DNA of 63,445 bases, the filler included, from Octopus bimaculoides (lineage: Eukaryota), in NCBI RefSeq assembly GCF_001194135.2. It is 5 parts of 4 records of this genome, joined end to end, with 100 filler letters (N's around TTAATTAATTAA, not from the genome) between each part and the next. Parts side by side here need not be neighbours in the genome. Positions count along the whole stretch, not along the records: positions 1 to 21,308 come from NC_068997.1; 4 more parts are not named here. One strand, written 5' to 3'. Shown piece by piece: positions 1-11,886 of the stretch. How positions within the stretch are numbered: position 1 is the first letter of the stretch; the number at the start of each line of letters is the position of its first letter. A program made the position numbers and the translations under genes. The notes beneath the pieces are model-generated. The model searched no databases. It was not told the origin of the DNA and saw nothing but the letters and a program-made list of their open reading frames with translations.

Positions 1-23
1 ATATATATATATATATATATATA

Positions 24-254
24 ATTCTTTTATTCTTTTACTTGTTTCAGTCATTTGACTGCGGCCATGCTAGAGCACCGCCTTTAGTAGAACAAATCAA
101 CCCCTGAACTTATTCTTTGTTAGCCTAGTACTTATTTTATCAGCTCTTTTGCCGAACCGCTAAGTTATGGAGACGGAAGCACACCAACATAGGTTGTCAA
201 GCAATAGTGAGGGGGGAAAATACAGACTCACAAACATACACATATACACACACA

Positions 255-304
<50 letters not shown>

Positions 305-459
305 CGATGGGCTTCTTTCAGTTTCCGTCTACCAAATCTTCTCACATAGCTTTGGTCGGCCCGAGGCTTTAGCAGAAGACAGTTGCCCAAGGTGCCACGC
401 AGTGGGATTGAATCTGGAACTATGTGGTTGGGAAGCAAGTTTCTTACCATACACCCACT
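24..459 (-). mobile_element. tRNA-derived SINE, family A (internal CA/TA microsatellite)
   Basis: The minus strand starts with a tRNA-like head (TGGTAAGAAACTTGCTTCCCAACCAC...GATTCAATCCC). The body (GACGGGCTTCTTTCAGTTTCCGTCTACCAAAT; GCCGAACCGCTAAGTTA; CAGTCATTTGACTGCGGCCATGCT) recurs at six other places in the window. Confidence 0.85.
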
Positions 460-959
460 TTTAAAATATTGTGTCTCTCACAGCTGTTTCTAGAAGTATG
501 TGGATCATAATATTGAGTAAGGATTTCATAGGCTAAGTATGCTCTCATCAGAGGAAGAAATCAGAGAGATGTAAAAATGAAGAAATATCCCCAGTCGAGG
601 ATATTAATATATTCCAGTTTGTCAATAATGAGGGAATGGTCAGAGTAAGACAGGTATGCGTTACGTACTTCTATGATTCAATATGTAATACAGTTATAGG
701 TAAGATCCATTATCAATTTTAAAAAAGAATGCTCGAAGATATATGTACATATATAACCTGACATCAGAGATTTTAAAATTAAATACTGGTTGATCAGCAT
801 CGGGGTATTATATAGTTTAATAAGTTCGTTTTGACTCTCAAAATTGCCAGCTTAAATTTATCCAATTGTTTTTTTATATATATATGAATAAAGGAATGGC
901 AATTATATCTAAATTTGGACATAGTGTCATCACAAGGATAACTAATTGTAGGGTTTATG

Positions 960-1120
960 GCTCCCGTTTTACATACAAATATCGTTATACATTACTCTTG
1001 AATGGGGGTAGGGGCGAGTTGTCTCGTCCGTCTGTGACTTTCAGTGTGTTTTAACACCCAACGCATTCAAGGAGTCATACCACCGAACAAGTAAGACACA
1101 TATATTGAGTATGTGAAGTC
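960..1120 (-). pseudogene. Frameshifted paralogue of the 1180-1457 coding segment
   Basis: Aligns to 1180-1457 at a 312-bp offset (shared TAGGGGCGAGTTGTCTCG at 1009-1026 and 1321-1338). Reads LHILNICVLLVR / WVL / LKVTDGRDNSPLPPFKSNV*RY, with a ~23-nt deletion, a +1 insertion and a stop. Confidence 0.55.
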
Positions 1121-1179
1121 AATAATGTTTACAACACTAGCGCTGCTTTTAATTCATAATTGAAATCACTCGTGCGTAT

Positions 1180-1457
1180 TCATCGACGTCGCATACCAGC
1201 AAATAGTTTGTTTTTATACATCATTTGCATATAGCCATAGCCTGGCGATTCAGTTAATCCTGGGTTCGATTCAGCAACAAAAATAGCGAAATATCGATAT
1301 CCATCACTCCTAAATTGGATTAGGGGCGAGTTGTCTCGCCTGTCTATGACTTTCAGGTCGTTTAATACCCAGTGCTTTGTGAGAGTCATCCCCGATGCGC
1401 TAACTGCAGCGTTCCGGCGAACAAGCAATACGCATACATTGGCTATGTGCGGTACTT
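1180..1457 (-). CDS. Putative terminal coding exon of an unidentified beta-rich domain
   Basis: About 92 stop-free, non-repetitive codons (EVPHIANVCVLLVRR...HWVLNDLKVIDRRDNSPLIQFRSDGYRYFAIF...RRR*). Possible AG acceptor at 1459-1458. Differences from the adjacent paralogue include several synonymous changes. Confidence 0.45.
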
Positions 1458-1469
1458 CTAATTCATAAA

Positions 1470-1472
1470 TTA

Positions 1473-1531
<59 letters not shown>

Positions 1532-1675
1532 NNNNNNNNNNNNNNNNNNNNNNNNNNNNNNNNNNNNNNNNNNNNNNNNNNNNNNNNNNNNNNNNNNNNN
1601 NNNNNNNNNGTGGATGGATGTATGTATGTATGTATATGTATATACACATGCACATTTAGTAGTAGTAGTAGTAGC

Positions 1676-1707
<32 letters not shown>

Positions 1708-1732
1708 CAGCAGCAGCAGAAGCAGCAGCAGC

Positions 1733-1786
<54 letters not shown>

Positions 1787-1787
1787 T
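1470..1787. repeat. Compound microsatellite (TG)n / gap / (GTA)n(GCA)n
   Basis: Directly visible simple repeats. Confidence 0.95.
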
Positions 1788-2049
1788 GTATGATGGGGAT
1801 TCAGAGTATCAAACAAATCTCACATTAGGCTCTCCGTCATGTATTCTTATTCTTTTTCGCATGCTACTCTTAGTTTCGCCTGTGAGTGCGCACGTCTTAA
1901 TACATATTTCGCTGGCATGTATCATCTTCTGCGAAATCTGTAATGAGCCCGAGTCATACTGATGACCTGGAGTCGCATCTGTTTTGATGAGGAATAATAA
2001 AAGTTATTTTTCAAAAAGTAGTGGCCGACTCCCAAACATGCCAAATAAG

Positions 2050-2670
2050 ACTAAATGAACTTTAAAACTTCCTACTAGAACAGAAATACCCACTCAAATT
2101 AATAAAAAAACGGAATCTCAAGAGCAATGAAACTGGACATCAGACAACTCAGAACTCCAATAAAGAAAAACAAAGAAAACATCATTCCTTTCATAAACAC
2201 ACACAACCATGGAGTTAACAACATGTTTCAAATTGTACATTCAAACTTACCAATAGTCCTACAAACCCCCAAAATGGGAAACCTATTAAGCAAATATTGC
2301 ATAAAAAACAGTAAGCGCCAAGAAAAAAACCTGAAAAAAAAGAACTGACAAGAGCAAAATTCTCATCAGAGAATGAAACCGAATTCTTTGTAAAAGAGTG
2401 TGGAGATGGTAGATGTGGGATCTGCAGCAACCACATCTACAAATATATAGATGGAAACAAACAAATAAAATTTAAGAGAGGACACACATTCAAAGTAAAT
2501 GCAGACATGAATTGCAAGACGCGGAACGTAATATACTGCATAACCTGTTCCACATGCAAGGAGAATTATATAGGTGAAACTGGAAAATCTTTATGACAAC
2601 GAGCCAGAATTCACCGACATGTCCAACAGGAGGAACTGTGAAAGATTCCACTGAGTAAACACTTAGAAAC
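2050..2670 (+). mobile_element. Penelope-like element fragment, Neptune type (RT thumb, Zn-finger linker, GIY-YIG endonuclease), degenerate
   Basis: Frame-broken translation: LEQKYPLKLI...IIPFINTHN...FVKECGDGRCGICSN...MNCKTRNVIYCITCSTCKENYIGETGKSL*QRARIH. This gives a VIY...YIGET GIY-YIG motif with a C-x2-C insert and a Cys linker. Confidence 0.8.
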
Positions 2671-2923
2671 ATGTGTAATAATGTCCTCATAATGTACAAG
2701 AAATTGTATGCATATCTGTTTCATTGAGCTCCTTCACAAGACACTTTCCCTTGTACATTATTACCCATCCTAATATCTTCATTTTTGTAAAGAATTGTTC
2801 CTTCTCTTCATTCTTCTTGAAAAATATATATATATAGCTGTGACTGGTGAAATATCACTATTTCTGTAATGATTTGTACTGGATGAGGGACCAATTTTGT
2901 AAAGTAAACTGTAATCTTGTATT

Positions 2924-3027
<104 letters not shown>

Positions 3028-4260
3028 CTATACATATATGTGTATATACATAAATAGAAACATTCTTGCATCCAGGTTTTCCAACCCATACCAGCACGGG
3101 AATCAAGCATCGGAAAAGGATGATGATGATAATAAGTCCAGACAATTTTTTGAAAAATAACTTTCATTAACCATCTTGTCATCTTCTATTGAGAGAACTG
3201 ACCATCTGTATAGATGTAAACACATTTTTTCTTCTTTCTTTCTGCCTTCTTTCTTTCCTTCTCTTTTCCATTGACACTCCTTTCAGATACACAGGCACAC
3301 ACACACACACACAAAGACAAACACACACTCTCTCTCACTTTCTCCCCATTCTTCACCCGCTTTTACTATCCTATACACCCCACATTACCTTTTTTCTCCC
3401 CCTCTCTCTCCACCCCTACACACTCAATAATACTATAAAAAGAGACGAATACCTTCAAAAAAATTAAATCTGAAGAATCTATTAGAGTAGATGCAAGGGC
3501 TAATATATATGATTTATAAAAACATGTGACGTATTAATAAAAATCTGTAAATGTACAACCATCCAGATCTCTGAGTACCTTATTATTTTTTCTAATATAT
3601 AATACCTGTACATCACCTCCAAACCTTCTAATATATATATANNNNNNNNNNNNNNNNNNNNNNNNNNNNNNNNNNNNNNNNNNNNNNNNNNNNNNNNNNN
3701 NNNNNNNNNNNNNNNNNNNNNNNNNNNNNNNNNNNNNNNNNNNNNNNNNNNNNNNNNNNNNNNNNNNNNNNNNNNNNNNNNNNNNNNNNNNNNNNNNNNN
3801 NNNNNNNNNNNNNNNNNNNNNNNNNNNNNNNNNNNNNNNNNNNNNNNNNNNNNNNNNNNNNNNNNNNNNNNNNNNNNNNNNNNNNNNNNNNNNNNNNNNN
3901 NNNNNNNNNNNNNNNNNNNNNNNNNNNNNNNNNNNNNNNNNNNNNNNNNNNNNNNNNNNNNNNNNNNNNNNNNNNNNNNNNNNNNNNNNNNNNNNNNNNN
4001 NNNNNNNNNNNNNNNNNNNNNNNNNNNNNNNNNNNNNNNNNNNNNNNNNNNNNNNNNNNNNNNNNNNNNNNNNNNNNNNNNNNNNNNNNNNNNNNNNNNN
4101 NNNNNNNNNNNNNNNNNNNNNNNNNNNNNNNNNNNNNNNNNNNNNNNNNNNNNNNNNNNNNNNNNNNNNNNNNNNNNNNNNNNNNNNNNNNNNNNNNNNN
4201 NNNNNNNNNNNNNNNNNNNNNNNNNNNNNNNNNNNNNNNNNNNNNNNNNNNNNNNNNNNN

Positions 4261-4315
<55 letters not shown>

Positions 4316-4537
4316 TGTGTGTATGTGTGTGCGCGCGTGTGTGTATGTACGCGCGTGTGTGTGTGTGCATAAATACATACACAGCATATTCTGTCTGTAC
4401 AAATATATGTACGACTGAAATTGTTATGTTGAGAGCTCTACGTGGTTCCTCATAATCTAGTCTGATTCTAGTAAAGCGGTGAAGTAATTCCTACGCTAAC
4501 ACACATTACTAGTTATGAAAAACACGAGTGAAGTAGA

Positions 4538-4594
4538 AATTAAGATAAACGCAAGTTTATATTATAATAATATAAACTTGCATTTATCTTAATT
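4538..4594. repeat. Near-perfect 57-bp palindrome (27-bp arms, 3-nt loop)
   Basis: AATTAAGATAAACGCAAGTTTATATTA taa TAATATAAACTTGCATTTATCTTAATT; 26 of 27 positions pair. Confidence 0.9.
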
Positions 4595-5183
4595 CCTCCT
4601 ATATTTGCGCACATATATCATAAGCCTGGTAAACTATTCTATGGTATACCAACAAGCATATGAATGTGAGAAGGCAGCTGAATTTTTACCTTCTGTATCT
4701 CCTTTATCATTTGAATCTCTTCAGTAAGGAAATTTATACGCTTGCATCACTAAACCCCGATTATAACGTACTAAGGATGTCAAGGTTGTAAGCTTTTTAA
4801 GGAGCTGGATGGTGGGGTACAAACCTCTGGAACACTTCAGATTGGTTTTCATATTTTCCGCGGTTTTGGTTTTCGTGAGAGCGTTTTGTTCCTTTTTTTT
4901 TTTTTCTGTTCACTATTAAAATTTTACTTGACATCTGTATGTAAAGTTTTCTACTGTCAGTGGTTTTTCCATTTCATCTAATTCAGAACATTGTTGGTCT
5001 CATGGGAATTTTCCTGTGTCTGTCAATGACATTTTTGTGAACTTTGGTTTCTGTCTCTGAGCTATACATAATGCATATAACTTCCACTATTGTCATAAGC
5101 AGCGTCAGTGTCGCGTCTGTCTTGCGTAGAGACCATTCCAGCTTGACGATCTCATTCTTGATTGATTTCCAATGAGCTTTGTC

Positions 5184-5268
<85 letters not shown>

Positions 5269-5919
5269 CATAGATGTACATACACATACAAACACACACA
5301 CGCATACTCACACAGACACATACATATGTACATATACGTATGAAAACAGATCCAATACATGTAGATGTACATAGATAGTTGGTCACACACACACACACAC
5401 ATAGACAACAAGAGATAGAAACAAAGAGAATGGGAGGGAGGCTGTAGTTTAAACTATTGCCGCAGAATTTTAGAATAGAATAAGCGGGAGATTGGTTGGA
5501 GCGAGCTGTCTTCCTTTCTAAATTTCTTTTCCATTTTCTTTCTACACTTTGGTGATTTCTTCAGGATTGAACCCATTTATTGACAATCGTAAACGGAAAT
5601 TTGCAGCGGATGAATTTTATTCTGAACTAACCAACTTTTTTTTTATTTTTTTTATTCATCTATTTATTGAGCGGAAAGTATGACGGTATTTCTCTTATCA
5701 GAAGAAAAGAGAGAGAGTATAGAGCAAACATACGCTTCTCTATGTTGCGGTTTTGCTGTAGTTAGAAAATGGATTTAATCCTAATCAACGAACTGAAGGG
5801 ATGAAACAAGAGGGAAAAAAATTAGATGTTCTGGCCTGAGGACAAAAGAAATAAATTCCCTTTAAACCTTACTTCATCCTCAGTTATTCTCTTTAACTAC
5901 AGCACACAACTCCATGTAT

Positions 5920-5970
<51 letters not shown>

Positions 5971-6204
5971 AGCACAACAACTGCAGGAAATTAAAAGTTT
6001 CTTGAAAAGTATTTCTTTNNNNNNNNNNNNNNNNNNNNNNNNNNNNNNNNNNNNNNNNNNNNNNNNNNNNNNNNNNNNNNNNNNNNNNNNNNNNNNNNNN
6101 NNNNNNNNNNNNNNNNNNNNNNNNNNNNNNNNNNNNNNNNNNNNNNNNNNNNNNNNNNNNNNNNNNNNNNNNNNNNNNNNNNNNNNNNNNNNNNNNNNNN
6201 NNNN

Positions 6205-6241
<37 letters not shown>

Positions 6242-6344
6242 TTATATTATATTATATGTATTTATTTTCTCCTAGTTAATAAATAACTCGGACAATGTTT
6301 GTATGTATGCATGTATGCATGTATGCATGTATAGTTAGTCCACA

Positions 6345-6550
6345 TCACTCTGTAAGAAGCATAGGGCCAGTTTCCTGGTTTCTCTGGCGTATATATTATT
6401 CTCTGGATAGGATGCCGCCCGTCGCAGAATTACTTAGTTTTACCATCTGAGTGGACTGGAGCAACATGAAATGAAGTGTTTTGCTCAAGGGCACAACGCG
6501 TCACTCGGTACAGGAAGCTTTCGATCACGAACCGAACATCCTAATCACTA
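6345..6550 (-). mobile_element. tRNA-derived SINE, family D (CORE-like central block)
   Basis: The minus strand has a tRNA-like head followed by GTTGTGCCCTTGAGCAAAACACTTCATTTCATGTTGCTCCAGTCCACTCAG, which resembles CORE-type SINE bodies. The same block occurs at 54061-54125. Confidence 0.65.
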
Positions 6551-6591
6551 TATATACACGCACACACACACACACACACATACACACACGT

Positions 6592-7569
6592 ATATATATA
6601 ACGGCGTACAGGACGGAATAAGAACTTTTTTAAAAATCACCCCTAACCTAGGGGTCTTATTATATACTCCGTATACAATCTGAGCATTAACTTCCAGTGG
6701 TTTAGAGTACCACCAATGTCAATGGGGAACAGTGTAAAGCACCCGCATAGATCCTATGTTTCTACAGCGTAATATTCTCTACTGATACTAGCACATATCG
6801 ATGGAGAACACCGTAGAACACTGACATAAATCTTATGGTTCAAAAACTCAGTATTTTGTACTGATACTTACACGTATGTTTGGGAAGCTGAATTAAAAGT
6901 AAGATTATATTTAAATAAGAGCACAACAGACATAACGGACAGACAGCAGTTGTCATTTGCAACAGCTGATAAACAGAAAAGGTAAACAATCAGCCCGTAC
7001 AGCCGGGTCCCAGGGTCCGTACTGCTTACATGGTCCCGTTAGAGTGCTGTCTCATACAACGCTCAGTCAGCCGAAAGCTTTCGGGACAAGTGTAGTTTAC
7101 GGTAACTAAACTAGCTGTTACAGCAGATTAGCACCTTCTGTGATTGGCCAGTTCGTGTCAGTCAGACCAATCACAATAAACCTTAGAGTTACCGGTTACT
7201 TCTAAACATTTACAGACAGGGTTTCTTACAAAGGCTCAAGTTGTCACTCTTTCATAAGCAAACAGTAGTCTCACTGGGTGAACATTAATTTCCAGCAACT
7301 GTAAAAGCCCCTCATGGCTCCAAGTGATAAACGAAAGAAATATGAAGCTGGTTTTAAGCTGAAAGTGGTAGCATATGCCAAGCAACACAACTACGCTGCT
7401 GCGAGAGAATATGGCGTAACCGAGAAGATGGTAAGAATATGAACATTAAAGGAAAACTTATTCAGGAGTATACCCAGGACAAAATGTGCAATAAGAGGCA
7501 CTGCACACTGGCCGATTCTAGACAAGCATGTAGCAGATATGGTCCGTGAGCAGCGTCAAAATGGCTATA
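6592..7569 (+). mobile_element. pogo-family DNA transposon, left end and transposase N-terminus (truncated)
   Basis: From ATG 7314: MAPSDKRKKYEAGFKLKVVAYAKQHNYAAAREYGVTEKMVRI*...HWPILDKHVADMVREQRQNGY, i.e. Brinker-type HTH then CENP-B-type HTH. A pogo-like terminal region (ACGGCGTACAGGACG...GGGGTCTTATTATATACTCCGTATAC) lies at about 6592-6676. Confidence 0.8.
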
Positions 7570-7790
7570 GTAGAAGACACTTGCCCAAGATGCCATGCAG
7601 TGGGACTGAACCCGGAACCATGTGGTTGGTAAGCACAACATAACGGGCTTCTTTCAGTTTCCGTCTACCAAATCCACTCACTAGGCTTTTGGTTGGCTCG
7701 ACATTTGCCCAAGGTGCCAGACAGAGGAAGTGAACGCGGAACCATGTGGCTGAGAAGCAAACTTCTTACAACACAACCACGCCAGTGCCT
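7563..7790 (-). mobile_element. Two tandem 5' fragments of SINE family A
   Basis: GAAGACACTTGCCCAAG...GGGACTGAACCCGGAACCATGTGG occurs twice (second copy diverged). Confidence 0.8.
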
Positions 7791-8133
7791 ACATGCGTAT
7801 ATAGAATTTACTCAACTATCAATAACGTATAAACTTCACTTGCAGACCAAATAAAATACAAAGATGTAAGGAAACTTAATAGTCTCTAAAACAGAAAACA
7901 GTTTTACTAGCATGGGAAAATATATTTTTTCACATCAAAGACTTCCTGACCGTTACCTTTAATAACACCTGTCCTTATGCAGATTATCCCTCTCTGTTAT
8001 CCTTCTCTATTCCTCTACGCCCACTCATCGTCCACGTGTAACTTAAACGTCTCAACCAAATCTGCGTTGACACAATAAAAAAATACCGCGGTAACCTCTT
8101 GGGGAGGGTAATATCAATTTTATCCCTTTGAAC

Positions 8134-8432
8134 CAGTTTTTCAGCCACTTTTTACCTATGGACTCCTTTGATTACTATTTTATACTCTGGTGGACCCCCT
8201 TAGCCATTCGATGTTTAAAAACTAATTTTATAGATGCTTCTCCTAAAATTCCTATTTTGTTTTTCACACAATAATGCTAGAGAAAGAAATTTAGTTGTTT
8301 CTTGCAATATATACATCTAAAGCAAAATGTTTTCATGGAACCTTAACATCCTACTCTATTTTGCTTATGTGGACCCTCAAAAATCTTATATGGACCCCAG
8401 GGGTCATATGGATCCCGGTTGAGAAACTACTG
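8134..8432. mobile_element. hAT (Charlie-type) MITE with 8-bp TSD
   Basis: Ends CAGTTTTTCAGCC and GGTTGAGAAACTACTG, with subterminal TGGACCC motifs. Flanking 8-mers are CTTTGAAC (8126-8133) and CTTTAAAC (8433-8440). Confidence 0.8.
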
Positions 8433-9396
8433 CTTTAAACAATAAAAGCACAATCACTACACAAATCAAAGAATATGTCGAATCTCTTCACTTGCAAACA
8501 TGTACATACAAATGTGCTTGACCTCACCGTTACTAGCGATTTTTTTCTGAAAGCACTTGCTCGTTACAGCAAAATTGCATTGCAAACACATGCCTTCTCC
8601 TACATAGTTTTATTTTGATCCCACATCTGCGATGCTACGCATACAGACAACCTACACAGCATCCAAAGAAAGGCCAATCAGAAACACTCCGACCACAAAC
8701 GCACTGTTTTTCTCCAATGTTTAGCTTTTCTACCACTCCAATAGTCTTGCTGGTCTCAGACCATCTCTATGCAGGCACTCATAAATCACACACCAATCTT
8801 ATCTCATCACTCATATTATGCTCCCCCACCTCCACGTCCAGAGACTTCTCACTAAACAAAACGCTTGTGTTTTATCCTCCGAACATCAGCATTCTGGAAT
8901 TCTATCCATACACATTTTTCTTCCTGTAACTGTCGACTTGAAACTGCTCAACAACAACGTTCTTAGCATCGATCTCACTTGCAAAGGCCATGGACACAAC
9001 CCCAATTTCTTGGTCACACCTTTCACTCAACTCATATCAAATTACTCTTCTCAACTTCAACACTAATTGCTACTGTAAATGAAAAGATGACTAAATCTGA
9101 AAGTTAACCAAGAACCATCCAACTAATCCGCGTAAATTCTGAGGCAACACTGATTGAGAGAGATTGATGACAAATTTAAAGATGCATTCCAGCATGAAGG
9201 TAATAAAAAAAAGATACAAGAAAACGAAAAAAAAAAAAAACAGAAAATAATTTTTCACAAAACTCAATTAAGTTCTACATGTATAAAAACCAACCATAAA
9301 GCTACGATATCTAATCGTTATGAATATATTACAATAAATCATAAATCTGCAAAACAAATTCATTAAAATCAAGGAAGACAACTCTAACTAAACATT

Positions 9397-9558
9397 GATT
9401 TCAAATTTTGACACAAGGCCAGGGTAAATTTTGACCCCAGGCGAGGATAAATCGATTACATCGACCCCAATCATCCACTGGTACTTATTTTATCGACCCC
9501 GAAAGGATGAAAGAAAGTCGACCTCGGCCGAATTTGAACTCAGAAAGTAAAGGCACCA
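9397..9558 (-). mobile_element. tRNA-derived SINE, family B (partial)
   Basis: Reverse complement of the family B body TGAGTTCAAATTC..GAGGTCGACTTT..TTTCATCCTTTCGGGGTCGATAAAATAAGTACCAG. Confidence 0.85.
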
Positions 9559-10213
9559 AAAATAAATTCTTAGTGAAGATTATTCTGTAACATATTTTAG
9601 TTTAACTCACTGCTTGTACATTGTTTTTGATGTGTCGGTCTATCATATGTTTGTGTGGGTGAGAGGGAAGGAGAAAGAAAGAGAGACAGATAGACTGAAA
9701 GAGACAGAGAGAGTGTGAGTGTGAGTATGTGTGTGTGTGTGTGTGTGTATGTGTGTGTCGCGTGCGTATATACATATGTACGAATTATAAAATGTAATTG
9801 TGTGGGTTGTAACGATGCGTTCATGTAAATAAACATGAATACGACTATATACATTACCAGTACATATAGTTGTACATTTTAAGTTTTCTTTCATATATAC
9901 AGAGTTATACACATTTTTCATTGTTGCTATTTTATACACTGACAAGGAGTAATATATTACTATATACTAGCTCACTCTACTTTGATACTGGGAAAATAAA
10001 AGCAGAAATCATTACTATAATGATATACTTAATATATTGACATCATAATAGAACTCTGCATTGATTATATACTTGGTCAGCAAGCACGCCTTGTATGCTA
10101 AATAACATTGGAACCAATATTTACATTCAGAGTGAAAGGTACAGCAAATACACATTGAATTCCACGCATTAAATTAACTTTTTATAACGAGATGAAAAGG
10201 GTTTATTCTTTGC

Positions 10214-10432
10214 CTCGAGCTGGCAGAATCGTTAGCACACCGGGTAAAGTACTTAGCTGCATTTCGTTCGTCTTTATGCTCTGAGTTCAAATTCTACCAA
10301 GACCAACTTTGCCTTTCATCCTTTCAGAGTCGATAAAATAAGCATCAGCTAAGCAGTGGAGTCGATGTAATTAACTTACCCACTCTCCCCAGATTTACTG
10401 GTCTTGTGCCAAAATTTGAAACCAATATTTAA
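10214..10432 (+). mobile_element. SINE family B
   Basis: Head GAGCTGGCAGAATCGTTAGCAC, B-box GAGTTCAAATTC, and body shared with the other copies. Confidence 0.85.
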
Positions 10433-11242
10433 TATTTAGAGTTCTATAAGTTTTACAGGTGACTAGTCGCGGTGTAGGTAGAGTATAACTACTACGTTCC
10501 TGAAGATGCGTGCATGTGTATGTGTCTGCGTGTATGTATGTATGTTATTATGTATGTATGTACATATATACGGACCATATGAATGTGTATGCATGTATGT
10601 ATGTGAGTGTGCATGTATGTGGGTGCAGTAAAGCAAGCAGCAAGTCATAGTAGCTGTAGAATGACAAACTTCTTTTCTTATAAATCTAAGACAAACATCA
10701 CGACAACAGGATTATGCCTATAGATATTCCTACCGATAAGTAACGTAGCAAACAAATAATATGCCCTGGATGTCTACCCCATTACAACAATTATTTTAAA
10801 TAAGAAAAGTCTGTTAGAACTTAGTAACAGGAATAAAATTCCGTACCTGAAACACTTTCCACATACAATCAAGCAACATCCATAGCAGTGACAGAAGTAC
10901 TTTTAACAGCAATCATATCAAATTTAGAAGCATAAATTGCAGGTCATTGCCTGTTGTGTCAGGAAAGAAAACAGCCATAAAAATTTCACATCATTGGTTT
11001 TCGTATAAATCAACTCACCGAAATGATATTTGCAGAGCATAACGCCGAAGAAGAAGCTCGGAAAGTTAGAGCAACTTGACCACAAGACAGCATTCTTTCT
11101 GTTATGAAGAAGACTTCTCTGCTTAACTTTACCATCCATTCTTTTTAGCTTTTCCTATAATATAAAGTATTTCACTCAATCCAATGCATCAAATATATTG
11201 GTTGAAACATTAGATAATAATGTTGATAATCATGAGAATACA

Positions 11243-11886
11243 CAGGGTATTCAAAAAGTCTCTCCGCAGTAAGTATTTTATTGCAAAATAACTATTTAAA
11301 AGATGGTATAAGACTACAAAAGAATATATTAGACTTAACAAAACTTTTTAAGAGGTGTTGTAAGTGTCGGCCTTCATTTTCAATACATAAAATTTAATTT
11401 CTTTTTTACTGCCATGTGAGCACTTCCTAGGCTGATTTTCTTTTCCTGTGATAATTTGCGTAAGGACTTTGATGGGCTTGCTTACAGTTTATCAGAAATA
11501 CTGGAGAGTGTTTCGTCTGAAAGAACAGTAGGCCTACCGCTTCTTGCTGCGTCGTCCACTGAGCCTGTGTTTCTAAATTTTCTTATCAAATCCTGCACAG
11601 TGTCACGATGTGGAAGAATAGTATTTGACGATGTAGAACAACAGTATTTGGAAAAATTTCACTGAACTTCTGCTTCACAGTATCTGTGTATTTATTTCCA
11701 GCTCGAAACACCCATTCAACTAAAAACGTACGTTTACGTTCTTCAATAGTTAGCATGTCGACACGCTGAAGGGTACACAATGACTGAGGGACAATGGCTG
11801 ACACCCGGCCGCTCACGCAGTGATAGCTAAGTAGCGCATGCGCAGGATGAAAAAATTCACTGCAGAAAGATTTTTTGAACACCCTA
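11243..11886 (-). mobile_element. Tc1/mariner-superfamily (maT/rosa-like, DUF4817-type HTH) internal-deletion derivative
   Basis: TIRs CAGGGTATTCAAAAAG and TTTTTTGAACACCCTA, with TA on the right. The minus strand encodes MLTIEERKRTFLVEW...KFRNTGSVDDAARSGRPT...SPSKSLRKLS fused directly to the C-terminal IENEGRHLQHLL; the DDD domain is absent. Confidence 0.8.

Noticed and set aside
552-653. Possible plus-strand exon (CAG acceptor, CAG|GTATGC donor)
   Set aside because: Short, no recognisable homology, no partner exons, and it overlaps a region that looks more like decayed minus-strand sequence.
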